From: a virus
Taxonomy: Duplodnaviria > Caudoviricetes
Virus record (IMG/VR): IMGVR_UViG_3300030116_002679
Span: 1-35,176 of that record
Strand: one strand, 5' to 3'
DNA: 35,176 bases
The notes beneath the pieces were generated by a model. It made no database searches. It was not told the DNA's origin and saw only the letters and a list, made by a program, of their open reading frames with translations. The position numbers and the translations under genes are program-made. Of this stretch, positions 25,143 through 34,950 are shown in pieces; within the stretch, counting starts at the first letter, position 1, and every line of letters begins with the position of its first letter.

Positions 25143-25457
25143 CTAAAAAAAGAAAAGGTCAACTGTTGTGGTGGCGCCTGCTTTTAGAATCACTTGCCGG
25201 TCAGGAAAATCATTGGTTGTGCTGGACACAAAAACCGAGGTGTCTGCGTCTTGTTTTGTTACAAAATAGCCAACCATATTTCTGCCAAGTCCGTGATCCA
25301 CTAAAGTGTCAGATGTTGTCAATGCCACTCCTGTTTTATGGACGCCTGCAGAAAACGGCAGATCCAGCACTGGATTAAGTGCAGCCTTAATGTTTTTCTG
25401 TATGCGGTTAACTGAATCATCTTTAGATTGAACTTCAGTGAAGCTGGGCCTGCTCAT
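25143..25457 (-). CDS. Hypothetical structural protein
   Basis: 104 aa, VDHGLGR motif; position in the tail cluster. Confidence 0.6.
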   Translation of the reverse strand: MSRPSFTEVQSKDDSVNRIQKNIKAALNPVLDLPFSAGVHKTGVALTTSDTLVDHGLGRNMVGYFVTKQDADTSVFVSSTTNDFPDRQVILKAGATTTVDLFFF

Positions 25458-25795
25458 GATTTGAGGGTATAGCTTACGCTTAAAGTTGCTCCCGATCCGC
25501 CGCTGGTATGGTCAAAGAAAATGCGGATGTACCTGGCAAACACAGTAGCAGTCAGCTCATTGTTTTCTGCGCCTGATATTGCTGTCGTTGCTGTTCCAGA
25601 TCCATTAATGAAAGTAGAATTGTCATTGGAAAACTGGATGTAAATGTCACCAGCCGGGCTGTTGTTGCCGGTGTTTACTGCAACAAATGAAACCTGGCGG
25701 AATTGTGCAGCATCGATGGTGCTGCCAGTTACATCTCCAGAGATATCGCCGCCGCTTATATAGCTGGCGTCATTTCGGTATTGAACAGGGTTCAT
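25454..25795 (-). CDS. Hypothetical beta-sandwich structural protein
   Basis: 113 aa, IQFSNDN and ARYIRIFF motifs. Confidence 0.6.
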   Translation of the reverse strand: MNPVQYRNDASYISGGDISGDVTGSTIDAAQFRQVSFVAVNTGNNSPAGDIYIQFSNDNSTFINGSGTATTAISGAENNELTATVFARYIRIFFDHTSGGSGATLSVSYTLKS

Positions 25796-25803
25796 ATCAA
25801 TCT

Positions 25804-26688
25804 CTATAAATAGTTTTGGTAATCAAAATCGGTGTAATAGGTTGAGACATCTGTGACGCTAACCGGCTCACCCATGTCTCGCATCTCTGCAACTGCCAGG
25901 ATGCGCTGCCGCACCTGGTCCTTACTGACCATGATTGCAGTAATGTCAGATTCTTCTTTAATCAGGCAATCCATTGCGGCGCATAAAATAACGTATTCAT
26001 CCCATCCTGCGTAAAAATCCAAACGTGTTTCAATCGTTCCAAATGTTGTGGGATCTGATAGGCCGCTGCTGTCTAAGTCTGTGGTTACGGTGGCATCTCC
26101 TACGGCGCTGATCGTTTGATCAACATTGTAATTATCTGCATTGATGAAACCTACGCCGGTGATGGTGTCACCTACGACAAACCCGTGGTTTTTACCTACA
26201 GTCCACATGGTGCTGGTGCTGCGTGTTATGGCCGTCACCGTCTTTTCAATAAATTTTTTTGGCGTTGGGACATAAAACACAGTCAGAACATCATTGGTGC
26301 TAGGCTTTGGATTGATTGCTAGGACATTGCCCTGGAAACGGTAACGCATGGTCCGGCTCACAGAATATCTGCTGCCAACATTGCGCTGCGTAAAGTTATA
26401 TCGGCGCAGTGGGATGGTATCCGAGCCAACGGTAAGATCCACCCCACGGCCTTTATAAAAATCAGATGGAAGATTGTAGGTTTTGGTCCCTGATACCAGC
26501 TGCACGGTGCTGCTTGATAGGAAATAATCCTCGGAGTTTGCTGATGTCACAATGAGATCATAAAGCTCCGCATATCCCCTATTGATGTAGCGCCGCATTT
26601 CATCGTCAGTCACAAACTGACTGTTTTCCATGTCAGCCCGTTGCCGGGCTAACAGGCGCAGGGTACTCAGAGAAACAAAATCTGTCAT
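25804..26688 (-). CDS. Head-tail adaptor / tail tubular protein A-like
   Basis: LRLLARQRAD...YINRGYAELY helices, GTKTYNLPSDF, INPKP and YVPTP motifs, C-terminal helices. Confidence 0.7.
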   Translation of the reverse strand: MTDFVSLSTLRLLARQRADMENSQFVTDDEMRRYINRGYAELYDLIVTSANSEDYFLSSSTVQLVSGTKTYNLPSDFYKGRGVDLTVGSDTIPLRRYNFTQRNVGSRYSVSRTMRYRFQGNVLAINPKPSTNDVLTVFYVPTPKKFIEKTVTAITRSTSTMWTVGKNHGFVVGDTITGVGFINADNYNVDQTISAVGDATVTTDLDSSGLSDPTTFGTIETRLDFYAGWDEYVILCAAMDCLIKEESDITAIMVSKDQVRQRILAVAEMRDMGEPVSVTDVSTYYTDFDYQNYL

Positions 26689-26909
26689 GAATAACTCATG
26701 TAGATTCCATGAATGGATTCCAGAATGCTCTGGGTGTTTCCAGATTTCACAGCACTCATCAGCTCTTCAGCCATTTCATGCTGCTCATCGGAATATTCCA
26801 TTTCCATTTCTTCCATTTCACTATCCATTTCATCCATGCCGCCATACATATCATCCGAGGATTTTTTCCCCTTCATGATCATGACGGCAGTTTCTTTAGG
26901 TCCATACAT
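26685..26909 (-). CDS. Acidic, Met-rich hypothetical protein
   Basis: 74 aa, GGAGG ribosome-binding site, ATGA coupling to the adaptor. Confidence 0.7.
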   Translation of the reverse strand: MYGPKETAVMIMKGKKSSDDMYGGMDEMDSEMEEMEMEYSDEQHEMAEELMSAVKSGNTQSILESIHGIYMSYS

Positions 26910-26917
26910 ATCCCCTC

Positions 26918-27316
26918 CTATTTAGTTAGGGAGGTGTTCCGTAAAAGAAGAACAAAATGAACATGATTGTGAGCGTGCGCTGCAATGTCCGTAGCTACCG
27001 GGGCAGCTGTGCTGGACGTTGACAATGCAGTAAACACAATCGTCTTGTTAGTGGTTACATCATGGGCGCCGGTAATCTGCATAAACGTAGCAGCGGCAGT
27101 GTTTAATGCGGCTGTTGCCTGTGCGGAAATCAATCCGGGATATGACTCGTCTAGGGTGACGGTGTATTGCCCGGTGCCTGTCCGCTCGACAGTGAAGCCT
27201 GTGCCTACGTTTGCATCGTTTGAAATCGCGCTGGAACCATTCGGCTTGAAGGTTCCAGCAATGATTTTCATTGACGGCTGCGCGGCTTGTACCCCGTAAA
27301 AAATTTTACTAGCCAT
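26918..27316 (-). CDS. Putative capsid decoration/minor head protein
   Basis: 132-aa beta-rich ORF directly after the capsid gene; AGGAGG ribosome-binding site. Confidence 0.55.
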   Translation of the reverse strand: MASKIFYGVQAAQPSMKIIAGTFKPNGSSAISNDANVGTGFTVERTGTGQYTVTLDESYPGLISAQATAALNTAAATFMQITGAHDVTTNKTIVFTALSTSSTAAPVATDIAAHAHNHVHFVLLLRNTSLTK

Positions 27317-27328
27317 CAGATCCTCCTA

Positions 27329-28546
27329 TTAAGATGGGAGGGTGATCACACAATTGTATCCGGGTGCTTCACAGGCCATGTTGGCGTAGCTGTGGACCCT
27401 AACTTCTACGCCATCGTCAGAAGACTGGCGGAGAACTCGGTTTCCATCCAACTCGGTCAGCTGAACCATCGGACCAATTGACATAAGGCTCCAGGTATCC
27501 ATTTGCAGCAAATATGCAGTCCCGCTGGGGCATGATTTATCCGGCACAACTTGGACCACTCCGTGCGGGGCAAAGAATTCCAGGCTGCGGTATCCGCTGA
27601 TGGAATCATTTTGCTGCACTTGGCGGTTGACCTGGGCGTTCATGGTTTTTTCCAGATTCACAAAATCTGCAAAGCTGCAGAACATATAATCTGGCTTTCC
27701 ACCTTCTCTGGCTGTCAGAGCTGCGCCCTCGATGATGGCCTCAGTGATGGTATCTGAAGAACCATCATAACGCTGGCCAGCAAGACGGGTGGCATCGGTG
27801 CTGCGGTCTTGTCCAAAAAAGGAATCTCCGCCGCTTGGTGCTGTTGCAGGCAACCATCCTTCAAGGCCGGTCAGCAGCCCATCGTAATCACCTTGCATAT
27901 AAATAAAATCGTTTGCAGCAACGCCGGACCCGCCTGCAATGGCACTCAAAGCATCGACTGTTAAGGTGCCGGTGCTGCGGTTGATTGCAGTGATGGTGAC
28001 GCTACCTGATTTTAATGATCCACCACTTTTGGTTGCACTAAAAACTAACTCCATCCCAACCTCAAAATTGACAACATCGTTGCTATTTTTAAGGACCAGG
28101 CTGGTGCTGGTTACAGATGCGTTGCACTGTCCAATAGCTCCAGATCCATCACGGAAAAGCGCGGTAGCGACACTGTCACCAACCGAGCGCAATACACCGT
28201 CAATCTCTGTGGTCATCGCATTAAGGAAACTAAACCGATCCCCTTCTGATGCAGCTACGGCCTCGCCTGAAATTGTGGCTACTCCGTACCGGGTCTTCCT
28301 GGTCATCAGGAATTCACCGATCTTAGACGCAGATGCGTTGGATTGTGCTGTGGAAAAAGTTGCAGATACGCCTTGCGGGCGTGTGAAGTAAACAGGCACT
28401 GGTGCATTTTTACCTCTAAAACTCTCATCCTTAGGGATTAGCTCCATAAATGGATGCGAGTCATACACTACTTTGCGGACCTCATCAGGCCGATAGTATT
28501 GCTTTAGGGCATTGTTCCAGGCCGTAACAGTTGTGGCTGTGGCCAT
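27329..28546 (-). CDS. Major capsid protein
   Basis: 405 aa after the scaffold; strong AGGAG; ALKQYY, LFRDGSG, LTGLEGW, VVPDKSCP and PGYNCVIT pattern. Confidence 0.85.
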   Translation of the reverse strand: MATATTVTAWNNALKQYYRPDEVRKVVYDSHPFMELIPKDESFRGKNAPVPVYFTRPQGVSATFSTAQSNASASKIGEFLMTRKTRYGVATISGEAVAASEGDRFSFLNAMTTEIDGVLRSVGDSVATALFRDGSGAIGQCNASVTSTSLVLKNSNDVVNFEVGMELVFSATKSGGSLKSGSVTITAINRSTGTLTVDALSAIAGGSGVAANDFIYMQGDYDGLLTGLEGWLPATAPSGGDSFFGQDRSTDATRLAGQRYDGSSDTITEAIIEGAALTAREGGKPDYMFCSFADFVNLEKTMNAQVNRQVQQNDSISGYRSLEFFAPHGVVQVVPDKSCPSGTAYLLQMDTWSLMSIGPMVQLTELDGNRVLRQSSDDGVEVRVHSYANMACEAPGYNCVITLPS

Positions 28547-28568
28547 AAGATACTCCTATAGAACATGA

Positions 28569-29495
28569 TTAGCCTCTCACGCTTGTGTCAAACACAGCTA
28601 GGGCCTCCTCCAGCCGTTCACGCTTAGTGCGTGGTCCAGCCTTTGGTGCCGGTTGAGAAGCGGAAACTTTATTTCTTAAAGTTCTCGTTCTTGTCCTTTG
28701 AGAATCTGATGGCGTATCCTTAGTTTTGCCAGCATCAGTCTGGCCAAGCAGCTTCTTAATCTTGCTGGCAGAAACCAGCTGTTTTGTCTGCTGCTCATAG
28801 AAATCTTCAACATCTTGTAAGATTTCATGTTCCGGCTTTACGGTGCCGGATTCCGTAGCTACGATTTTCTGCATTTCTAAAATCGTAGGCCAGGCGTTGT
28901 CCCATTGTGCGCGTACCAGCTCAAAACGGTCATCAGTGTCTACAATGTTTTTGAGTTTGCCCACATAGGAATCAATCTCTTTTTGTTTCTCCATCTGTTC
29001 CAGCTTTGCCAGGCGCTGCTCGATTTCTGGAGAAACCTCTTTCTGTGTCTGTTTTGCTTGTGGCTTGCCGTCTTGCAGCACCTGGTTGGTAGCATCCTGG
29101 TAATTCCATCCAAGTTTGTTCATCGCTCCCAGCATATCGCCGGAATCTGCTGCTTCTTTTGCCTGCTGAAAGACCTTCAGCTCATCTTTTAACTGCGTCA
29201 GCTGCTGCCGCTCGGACTGCAGTTTTCTTTCTTTTGCAGCCACCTTTGAAAACGCTCGACTGACTCGCGGCTGCTCTGTTTCTGGTTCTGGTTCAGCGGC
29301 ATCATCCGCTGCAATCTCAGGATCTGCTGCTTGCGCTTCAGGCTCAACTTCATCCACAACTGATTCATCCACTGTTTCAGTTTCATCAACCTCCTGGACT
29401 TCAATTTTTCCTTTGCTTTCTAGCCAGGCAACCATGTCCTGGTCTAGCTGCTCGGTTTCTGTGGATTCTACTTCTTGAACTTCTGCTTCACTCAT
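28569..29495 (-). CDS. Scaffolding protein
   Basis: Acidic N-terminus, coiled coils, basic C-terminal helix; between portal and capsid. Confidence 0.8.
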   Translation of the reverse strand: MSEAEVQEVESTETEQLDQDMVAWLESKGKIEVQEVDETETVDESVVDEVEPEAQAADPEIAADDAAEPEPETEQPRVSRAFSKVAAKERKLQSERQQLTQLKDELKVFQQAKEAADSGDMLGAMNKLGWNYQDATNQVLQDGKPQAKQTQKEVSPEIEQRLAKLEQMEKQKEIDSYVGKLKNIVDTDDRFELVRAQWDNAWPTILEMQKIVATESGTVKPEHEILQDVEDFYEQQTKQLVSASKIKKLLGQTDAGKTKDTPSDSQRTRTRTLRNKVSASQPAPKAGPRTKRERLEEALAVFDTSVRG

Positions 29496-31372
29496 ACTGG
29501 CAATCCTTCAGTCATTGGTTCCGGCACCGCAGGCCCTGCTCCCACATTTGGCAGTAGAGGAGTGCTGCCTTCAGCCGGTGGCGCCGGAGTTTCTGTTCCT
29601 GTTTGCGCCGGGGTTTCTACTGTTTCAGCTTGCGCTCCCGGTAGCGGCTGCTGGGCCGCCGCCATCAAGGCATCGCATTCATCTATAAATTGCAACATTA
29701 AAGTCAATTTTCCTAATTCCAGCCCGTCCTGCTGTGCTTCCAGGTACGCAATCGTCATGCGTTCCTTGGCAAACGCCAGATCCATCAGCGGCTCCGGGGC
29801 ATGGTATATGTTGCTGTCAATGATCTCGGAAATCCTCCACTCAACATCACGCTCCAGGGCGTCATACATACTGGTGACTGATTGCAAATCAGGAAAATCA
29901 AGCAACCGCACAATATGCTCCCGGCTGTTGATCACGCCGGTCTGCATCAGCTCAGTAACTGCTGCAAGCCTGCCTGCTGGGGTGCTGGGCAGCAGGCTGA
30001 CTGGATAGGCTTGCAGGACAAAATCATTCTGTGCCATGTCGATATCTTTAAAATCCAGCTCCTCCAGGCTCATGGCCTTGATCCCTTTGACCGGGAAAGA
30101 TCCAGATTCTTCAACAATCTCACGCGCAAGGTCCATGAACCATTCTGCTGCTTGCATAAATGCGTCTTCATATCGCTGGGCTACATTCATGAAACGCTCA
30201 GTTTCTATGTCATGATACACTCTCAATGCGGCGCCGCTTTCTAGTCCAGCAGGCTTTTTACCAGATGCAGATAATTCAGAAACGCCTGCAATCTCATAGG
30301 CGCGTTGATACAGCCGGTCCATGTGTGCATAGACTTCCGGGTGCATGGCCTGCGGCGTGTAGGTGACTGGCGGCTGGCCTACATAGTTGATGATGCAACC
30401 TGGTTGGTTTCTGATATGGGAGTCAACAACGCGAGATCCGGCCTGGACAAAAACCCACGGCACGGACAGCAAGTGCATCGATTGCTGAATGCGTAGCGCC
30501 AGCTTATTGATCTCAAACTGGATACTCTTCAGCTGCTCCGCCAGGCTTACCCCTGAGAAACCAAGCACCGAGTCACCCCAGCGCAGGAACACAAACGGAT
30601 ATTTGTTGTAGGTGTACTGCTCTGACATCAGCACCAGGTTATCCATTGTGATTGCGTGCATACCGTCATCGGCCCCAGTGATTGATGGCAGATGCCAGGA
30701 TTCTGCAACCTCTACCATCTTGGCGTCATGACCTTCTTGGCCCATGTATGATGATTCATCTCCGTGCGCGTAATATCGGATCTCCTGTTCTTTTTCTGGA
30801 AACTGCAGGACCAGCTGCTCCACCGGGATCTCTTTCACCTGGTGCAAACTCGGCGGCGTTTCCATGTAAAGACTGGCATTGATATCCCAGTACAGTTCAT
30901 TTGGAAAAACGCGCTCCACAAAAATATCATTTCCATCACGCCCAACCTTAAGAGCAGCAACATCAAACACGCAGCTGTCCAGGAATATTTTAGGCATCAG
31001 ATTAAACAGCCCGGATTGGTGGAAGATGCCTTCCATGACATCAGTCAGACGCCTGGCACGTTGGCGGAGCTTGTAATCTCCGCGCCGTGTTAGGTACATC
31101 GGCTTGGGCTTGGCCTTGCCAATCCGGGAAACGAGCGTGTCTACTATGTTACCTATGACATTCAAACGCATACGGAAGTCTTCACCAATTGGCATTCCCA
31201 TACGCTGGCTTGGGTCAAACCGATCCAGCCGGTTGTATTCCCGCTGCGTATACATCCGCAGCATATCCAGGTTCATGGTCCTGCGTCCCATGTGATCATC
31301 CTGCATCTCATGAATGGTTTCTGAGAGCAGATTTCCGATTTCCTCCTCGTTATCCGTTTGCCACCAGTACAT
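29492..31372 (-). CDS. Portal protein
   Basis: 626 aa; NVIGNIVDTLVSRI, YPFV, IQFEINKL, AYEIAGVSELSASG...SGAAL; Pro-rich tail; position before the scaffold. Confidence 0.85.
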   Translation of the reverse strand: MYWWQTDNEEEIGNLLSETIHEMQDDHMGRRTMNLDMLRMYTQREYNRLDRFDPSQRMGMPIGEDFRMRLNVIGNIVDTLVSRIGKAKPKPMYLTRRGDYKLRQRARRLTDVMEGIFHQSGLFNLMPKIFLDSCVFDVAALKVGRDGNDIFVERVFPNELYWDINASLYMETPPSLHQVKEIPVEQLVLQFPEKEQEIRYYAHGDESSYMGQEGHDAKMVEVAESWHLPSITGADDGMHAITMDNLVLMSEQYTYNKYPFVFLRWGDSVLGFSGVSLAEQLKSIQFEINKLALRIQQSMHLLSVPWVFVQAGSRVVDSHIRNQPGCIINYVGQPPVTYTPQAMHPEVYAHMDRLYQRAYEIAGVSELSASGKKPAGLESGAALRVYHDIETERFMNVAQRYEDAFMQAAEWFMDLAREIVEESGSFPVKGIKAMSLEELDFKDIDMAQNDFVLQAYPVSLLPSTPAGRLAAVTELMQTGVINSREHIVRLLDFPDLQSVTSMYDALERDVEWRISEIIDSNIYHAPEPLMDLAFAKERMTIAYLEAQQDGLELGKLTLMLQFIDECDALMAAAQQPLPGAQAETVETPAQTGTETPAPPAEGSTPLLPNVGAGPAVPEPMTEGLPV

Positions 31373-31374
31373 AG

Positions 31375-31611
31375 TCAGAATTGTTCAAATTGTTGTTTTA
31401 GTTCCTGCTCGGTTGGCTGCTGCTGCAGACGCGGCATCAGATCCGGCAGTTCCTGGTAAAATTTAACCTTGATGCCTTGCCCTTCAAACTCGGCAACGCG
31501 GTGCTGGGCCAGGTATGCCACCAGCTCCTCGACATCTTTCTTGTCAGGTTTACGCTGCAACAGGCGTCCTCCCCATGATCTGTGGCGCTTGTAATCTTGC
31601 CATCTGCTCAT
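31375..31611 (-). CDS. Small hypothetical protein upstream of portal
   Basis: ORF ends 2 bp before the portal start; more likely start is TTG 31560 after GGAGGA. Confidence 0.6.
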   Translation of the reverse strand: MSRWQDYKRHRSWGGRLLQRKPDKKDVEELVAYLAQHRVAEFEGQGIKVKFYQELPDLMPRLQQQPTEQELKQQFEQF

Positions 31612-34600
31612 TTTTTCTTCTCATTGGTTTTTCTAGTTGGGTCAAAAAATCGTCAGATTCTGGATTGAACAAACCTATATTTCCTTGTGCTGATTTAATC
31701 TGTTTAGGATTGAAAACAACAACCTCGCCGCCGCCTACGATAGCGTCAAATCCTGCTTCCTGTGCAAGTTCTGACATATCAATCCCTAAAAATTCTGCAT
31801 AGTTTGTGATGCGCTGTGAAAATCCTATTTTATTTTCAGGATCATTTTTTATAGTTCTTAATCTTTCAAACATTTCTTCTGCTTTTTCTTTTGTAAGATT
31901 GTGGCTGGTGTAGGTCATGGCCTGATTAAAACCTTCTTCCAGCTGATCAATCATTTCATCAGTCAGTTTTCCAGGATTTAAATTTAATGGTTTTTTGATT
32001 GATAAATAAAACGGCATGATTTCTGGTGCAAAGGTTTTTTCATCCATCTGCACAACTGCCATCTGATCTGCATACTGGTCTTCTGCAAATTGTTTTAAAC
32101 CTGCAGCAGTTTTTGGATAATCCGATTCATAAAATTCAGAATCATCCATTGTGTATTCATCAATTTGTTCTGTAAGTTCATCAGAACCAATCTGGGAGGG
32201 ATCTGCAAAAACTTTGGCAACAGGCCCGCTTTCATCCTGTGCTGCCAGCATCTCATCAGTAGATTCTGCATAACGCTCTGCACTTTGCGGCTTTGGCGTA
32301 AAGTAAAATCCTTTTCCTAAATATCCATGATCGCGCAAACCTTGTTTGTCAGGGTCAAATCGGGTGCCTTGAAAATTAGGTGAGCCATGATAAAAAATCA
32401 TGGGATCAGTAATATTTAAATCTTCTGCTGTGCTGGTACCAAAACGGTTGTTGTAAATTTGTTCTGGCCCTATGGTGATGTTGAAATCACCTTCCTTTTC
32501 ATCATAAAACAATTCAAAGGTAGCAGCAGACGGAGTATCACCAGCCTGGTTCTTTTCAAAGTCCCAGTTCCACCAGCGATCAAAATTGTGTTTGCGTTTT
32601 GCAGAATCAAGGATGGGGTTTTGAATCTGACGCGCAGATTCATAATCTTTTAACGCGTCTTTTAATACTGATTCATCACCAAAGATGTTTTCACCAGCAT
32701 CACCTGGTAAGACTAGGCGTCTTCTTTCCGGGATTGCTCTGGAGAAGTCTTTTGTATCGGGAATCCCTTGCTGTCCACCAGTTCTGAGACTTGCCTGGCC
32801 GAGACTATTCCTAAGGAAGGCTTCAAATTCTGGCCGGTGACGATCTCGTATGGAGTCGGCGAGGGCTTGTCCCCCGGTTTCGGAAATCCTTTGTAAGTGA
32901 CTTTTGCCATCAGGGTTTTGTGTCCAGTCGTTTTGATTATAACGTATGTTAACATCAACCGGGTTTATAGTAAAGTTTGCATCCCCTGGAAAAACATTGT
33001 CAATGGTTGTTCCGAGTGCATCTGCATTTTCATCTATATAATCCCGTAATTTTTGTTTTGATTTAAACGGACTAAATTCAAATGGAACGATAACTCTAAT
33101 GCCTGGTTTTCCATCGCGTATGATTGGCTGATATCCCTGGAAAACTTCAGGATTAAATTGATTAATTTTATTCCAAACATTAATGAGATTTGCACCTTTT
33201 GTGATACGGTCAGAATCTTCTTCTAGTATATCAACAGCTACGCCATTAGCTTGCGCTGACCCAGTGGTGACTTGTTTGACAGCCCAAACTTCAGTCTGCT
33301 GCGCCAGGTATCCAACAATGTTGGCATACAGATCTGCACCTTCTGGGGTGGATAGCAGTGTTTCCACCATTGCTGGTGATGGAGGATAATTTTGCCATCC
33401 ACCTGAACCATGCACGCGGCCTACATTCAACGTGCCTGCCAGCTCATTGGCTCGATCACCAACCCATGCCATAGCCTCGCGGGTGACTCGGTACTGTTCT
33501 TCTGCAGAAAGATTGGCAAATTCTGGAAACTGCTCATTGTATGGTGCGCCCTCGCCAAAACTCAGCTCTGCACTGACGCGCTGAATATTTCTTTCTATCG
33601 CTTCAGGAACATCCTGGCCTTGTGCGCCATATAATCGTGACAATGCAATCCATCCTATGGCCTGGACATCAGGCGGCTGCAGTTCACCCAGTCCAAGCTT
33701 GTCACCATATCCCATTTTATTCAGTTGAGCTGTCAATGAACGCCCGGCATCTGCTGCAGCCTCGTACTGTGTTTCTTGTGGTGCGCCTACGGGTTGATCT
33801 ACCTGGATGGTAAAACCTTTTGGGATAACATAGTTTTCTTCCAGGAATTTTTTGTAGGTATCATCAACATATCCCATGTCACGGAAGCTGTGGACATCAA
33901 CCACAAATGGTTTCCCGGCACCAGGATCATTGGCATAAAATGTCCGGGTTGGGTTCTGCATTGCAGAATCGTAAAAATCGTATATTTTTTGCCCTGCGCC
34001 GCCGGTGACTTGCTCACCTTTGGCAATCTGGTACAGCGGTGCGTCTTGCTGTCCTGATTTACGCCGATCCTCAAATTTTACCCCACGCCGGGCCTGTTCA
34101 CGCTGCCGTAGGTAGGACATGAGTGCAGCTGCAGGCGATTTTTGCTGTGATCCTACTAAAAATCCTGATTCAATCTCTGGAGTGTCTGCTGGACCTACAG
34201 TTCTGAGAAAAGGCTGCAACATTTTGCCGGATCGGTACCATTTTGCAGCATCTGCAATCTCTTCATCCGTTAAAATACTCTCTACCCGTCCAATCCAGTC
34301 ATTAACTTTCTGTTTTCCTATCCTGACCGGCGGCAGCATAACCCCAGGCTTGGGTTTTAACAAAATACTTTTGTTTTTTGGCGCTCCTGCAGTCGGATTT
34401 TTCTTTTTTCTGCCCTGTTTGCGCTTTGCACGCTCCTGAGATCCAGGTGGCGCCGTCAAAACTTGCTTAAAATCGGTTAATTCTTCAGGCACCTCCATAA
34501 ACATGGAAGAAATGAGGCTGCCACGGTCTTTTTCTGTGCTTGATGGTGACCCAGCAGGCAGGGTCATGGGCTTGATCGTAGGTGCTTGGGCCTCTTCTGG

Positions 34601-34759
34601 GTCCATCAGCTCCGTAATCGCAGCACCAGGCTTGCCTAAAATCCTCCTGGCAGTTTGCTGTGCGTTGATACCCGGCAAAACACCGCTCATGGGCGGCGTC
34701 ATGCCAGTATCTTGCTGTGTACCTATGCCTGGAAAATTTAAATCCTGCTCTTCAGCCAT
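31550..34759 (-). CDS. Large polyvalent protein with C-terminal ADP-ribosyltransferase (ART-PolyVal-like) domain and N-terminal glycosylase-like helical domain
   Basis: ART: FYHGS, GKGFYFT, AERYA, IMPFYLSIKKP, GFDAI, EVVVFNPKQIKS...GNIGLF. N-terminal: KWY, KIYDFY, FVVDVH, PPDVQAIGW. Confidence 0.75.
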   Translation of the reverse strand: MAEEQDLNFPGIGTQQDTGMTPPMSGVLPGINAQQTARRILGKPGAAITELMDPEEAQAPTIKPMTLPAGSPSSTEKDRGSLISSMFMEVPEELTDFKQVLTAPPGSQERAKRKQGRKKKNPTAGAPKNKSILLKPKPGVMLPPVRIGKQKVNDWIGRVESILTDEEIADAAKWYRSGKMLQPFLRTVGPADTPEIESGFLVGSQQKSPAAALMSYLRQREQARRGVKFEDRRKSGQQDAPLYQIAKGEQVTGGAGQKIYDFYDSAMQNPTRTFYANDPGAGKPFVVDVHSFRDMGYVDDTYKKFLEENYVIPKGFTIQVDQPVGAPQETQYEAAADAGRSLTAQLNKMGYGDKLGLGELQPPDVQAIGWIALSRLYGAQGQDVPEAIERNIQRVSAELSFGEGAPYNEQFPEFANLSAEEQYRVTREAMAWVGDRANELAGTLNVGRVHGSGGWQNYPPSPAMVETLLSTPEGADLYANIVGYLAQQTEVWAVKQVTTGSAQANGVAVDILEEDSDRITKGANLINVWNKINQFNPEVFQGYQPIIRDGKPGIRVIVPFEFSPFKSKQKLRDYIDENADALGTTIDNVFPGDANFTINPVDVNIRYNQNDWTQNPDGKSHLQRISETGGQALADSIRDRHRPEFEAFLRNSLGQASLRTGGQQGIPDTKDFSRAIPERRRLVLPGDAGENIFGDESVLKDALKDYESARQIQNPILDSAKRKHNFDRWWNWDFEKNQAGDTPSAATFELFYDEKEGDFNITIGPEQIYNNRFGTSTAEDLNITDPMIFYHGSPNFQGTRFDPDKQGLRDHGYLGKGFYFTPKPQSAERYAESTDEMLAAQDESGPVAKVFADPSQIGSDELTEQIDEYTMDDSEFYESDYPKTAAGLKQFAEDQYADQMAVVQMDEKTFAPEIMPFYLSIKKPLNLNPGKLTDEMIDQLEEGFNQAMTYTSHNLTKEKAEEMFERLRTIKNDPENKIGFSQRITNYAEFLGIDMSELAQEAGFDAIVGGGEVVVFNPKQIKSAQGNIGLFNPESDDFLTQLEKPMRRKNEQMARLQAPQIMGRTPVAA

Positions 34760-34947
34760 TACTTTTTCTTAGCAGTCTTGGCGGAACGCCGGAACGCAGC
34801 AGCTGTCGGAGCGCCCTTGCTCCCCGGCTTACGGCGCCGTTTGGTTTTACCAGCACCAAGCCGCTTCAAGTTGATATTGCGATACAAACCAGGTTTCTGA
34901 CGCTTCAGTTTGCGGATCTTGGCCGCCTTAGACATTTTCTTTTTCAT
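34759..34947 (-). CDS. Small basic phage protein
   Basis: PGLYRNI...KPGSKGAPTAAAFRRSAKTAKK pattern recalled from marine podoviruses; TAATG coupling to the next gene. Confidence 0.75.
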   Translation of the reverse strand: MKKKMSKAAKIRKLKRQKPGLYRNINLKRLGAGKTKRRRKPGSKGAPTAAAFRRSAKTAKKK

Positions 34948-34950
34948 AAA

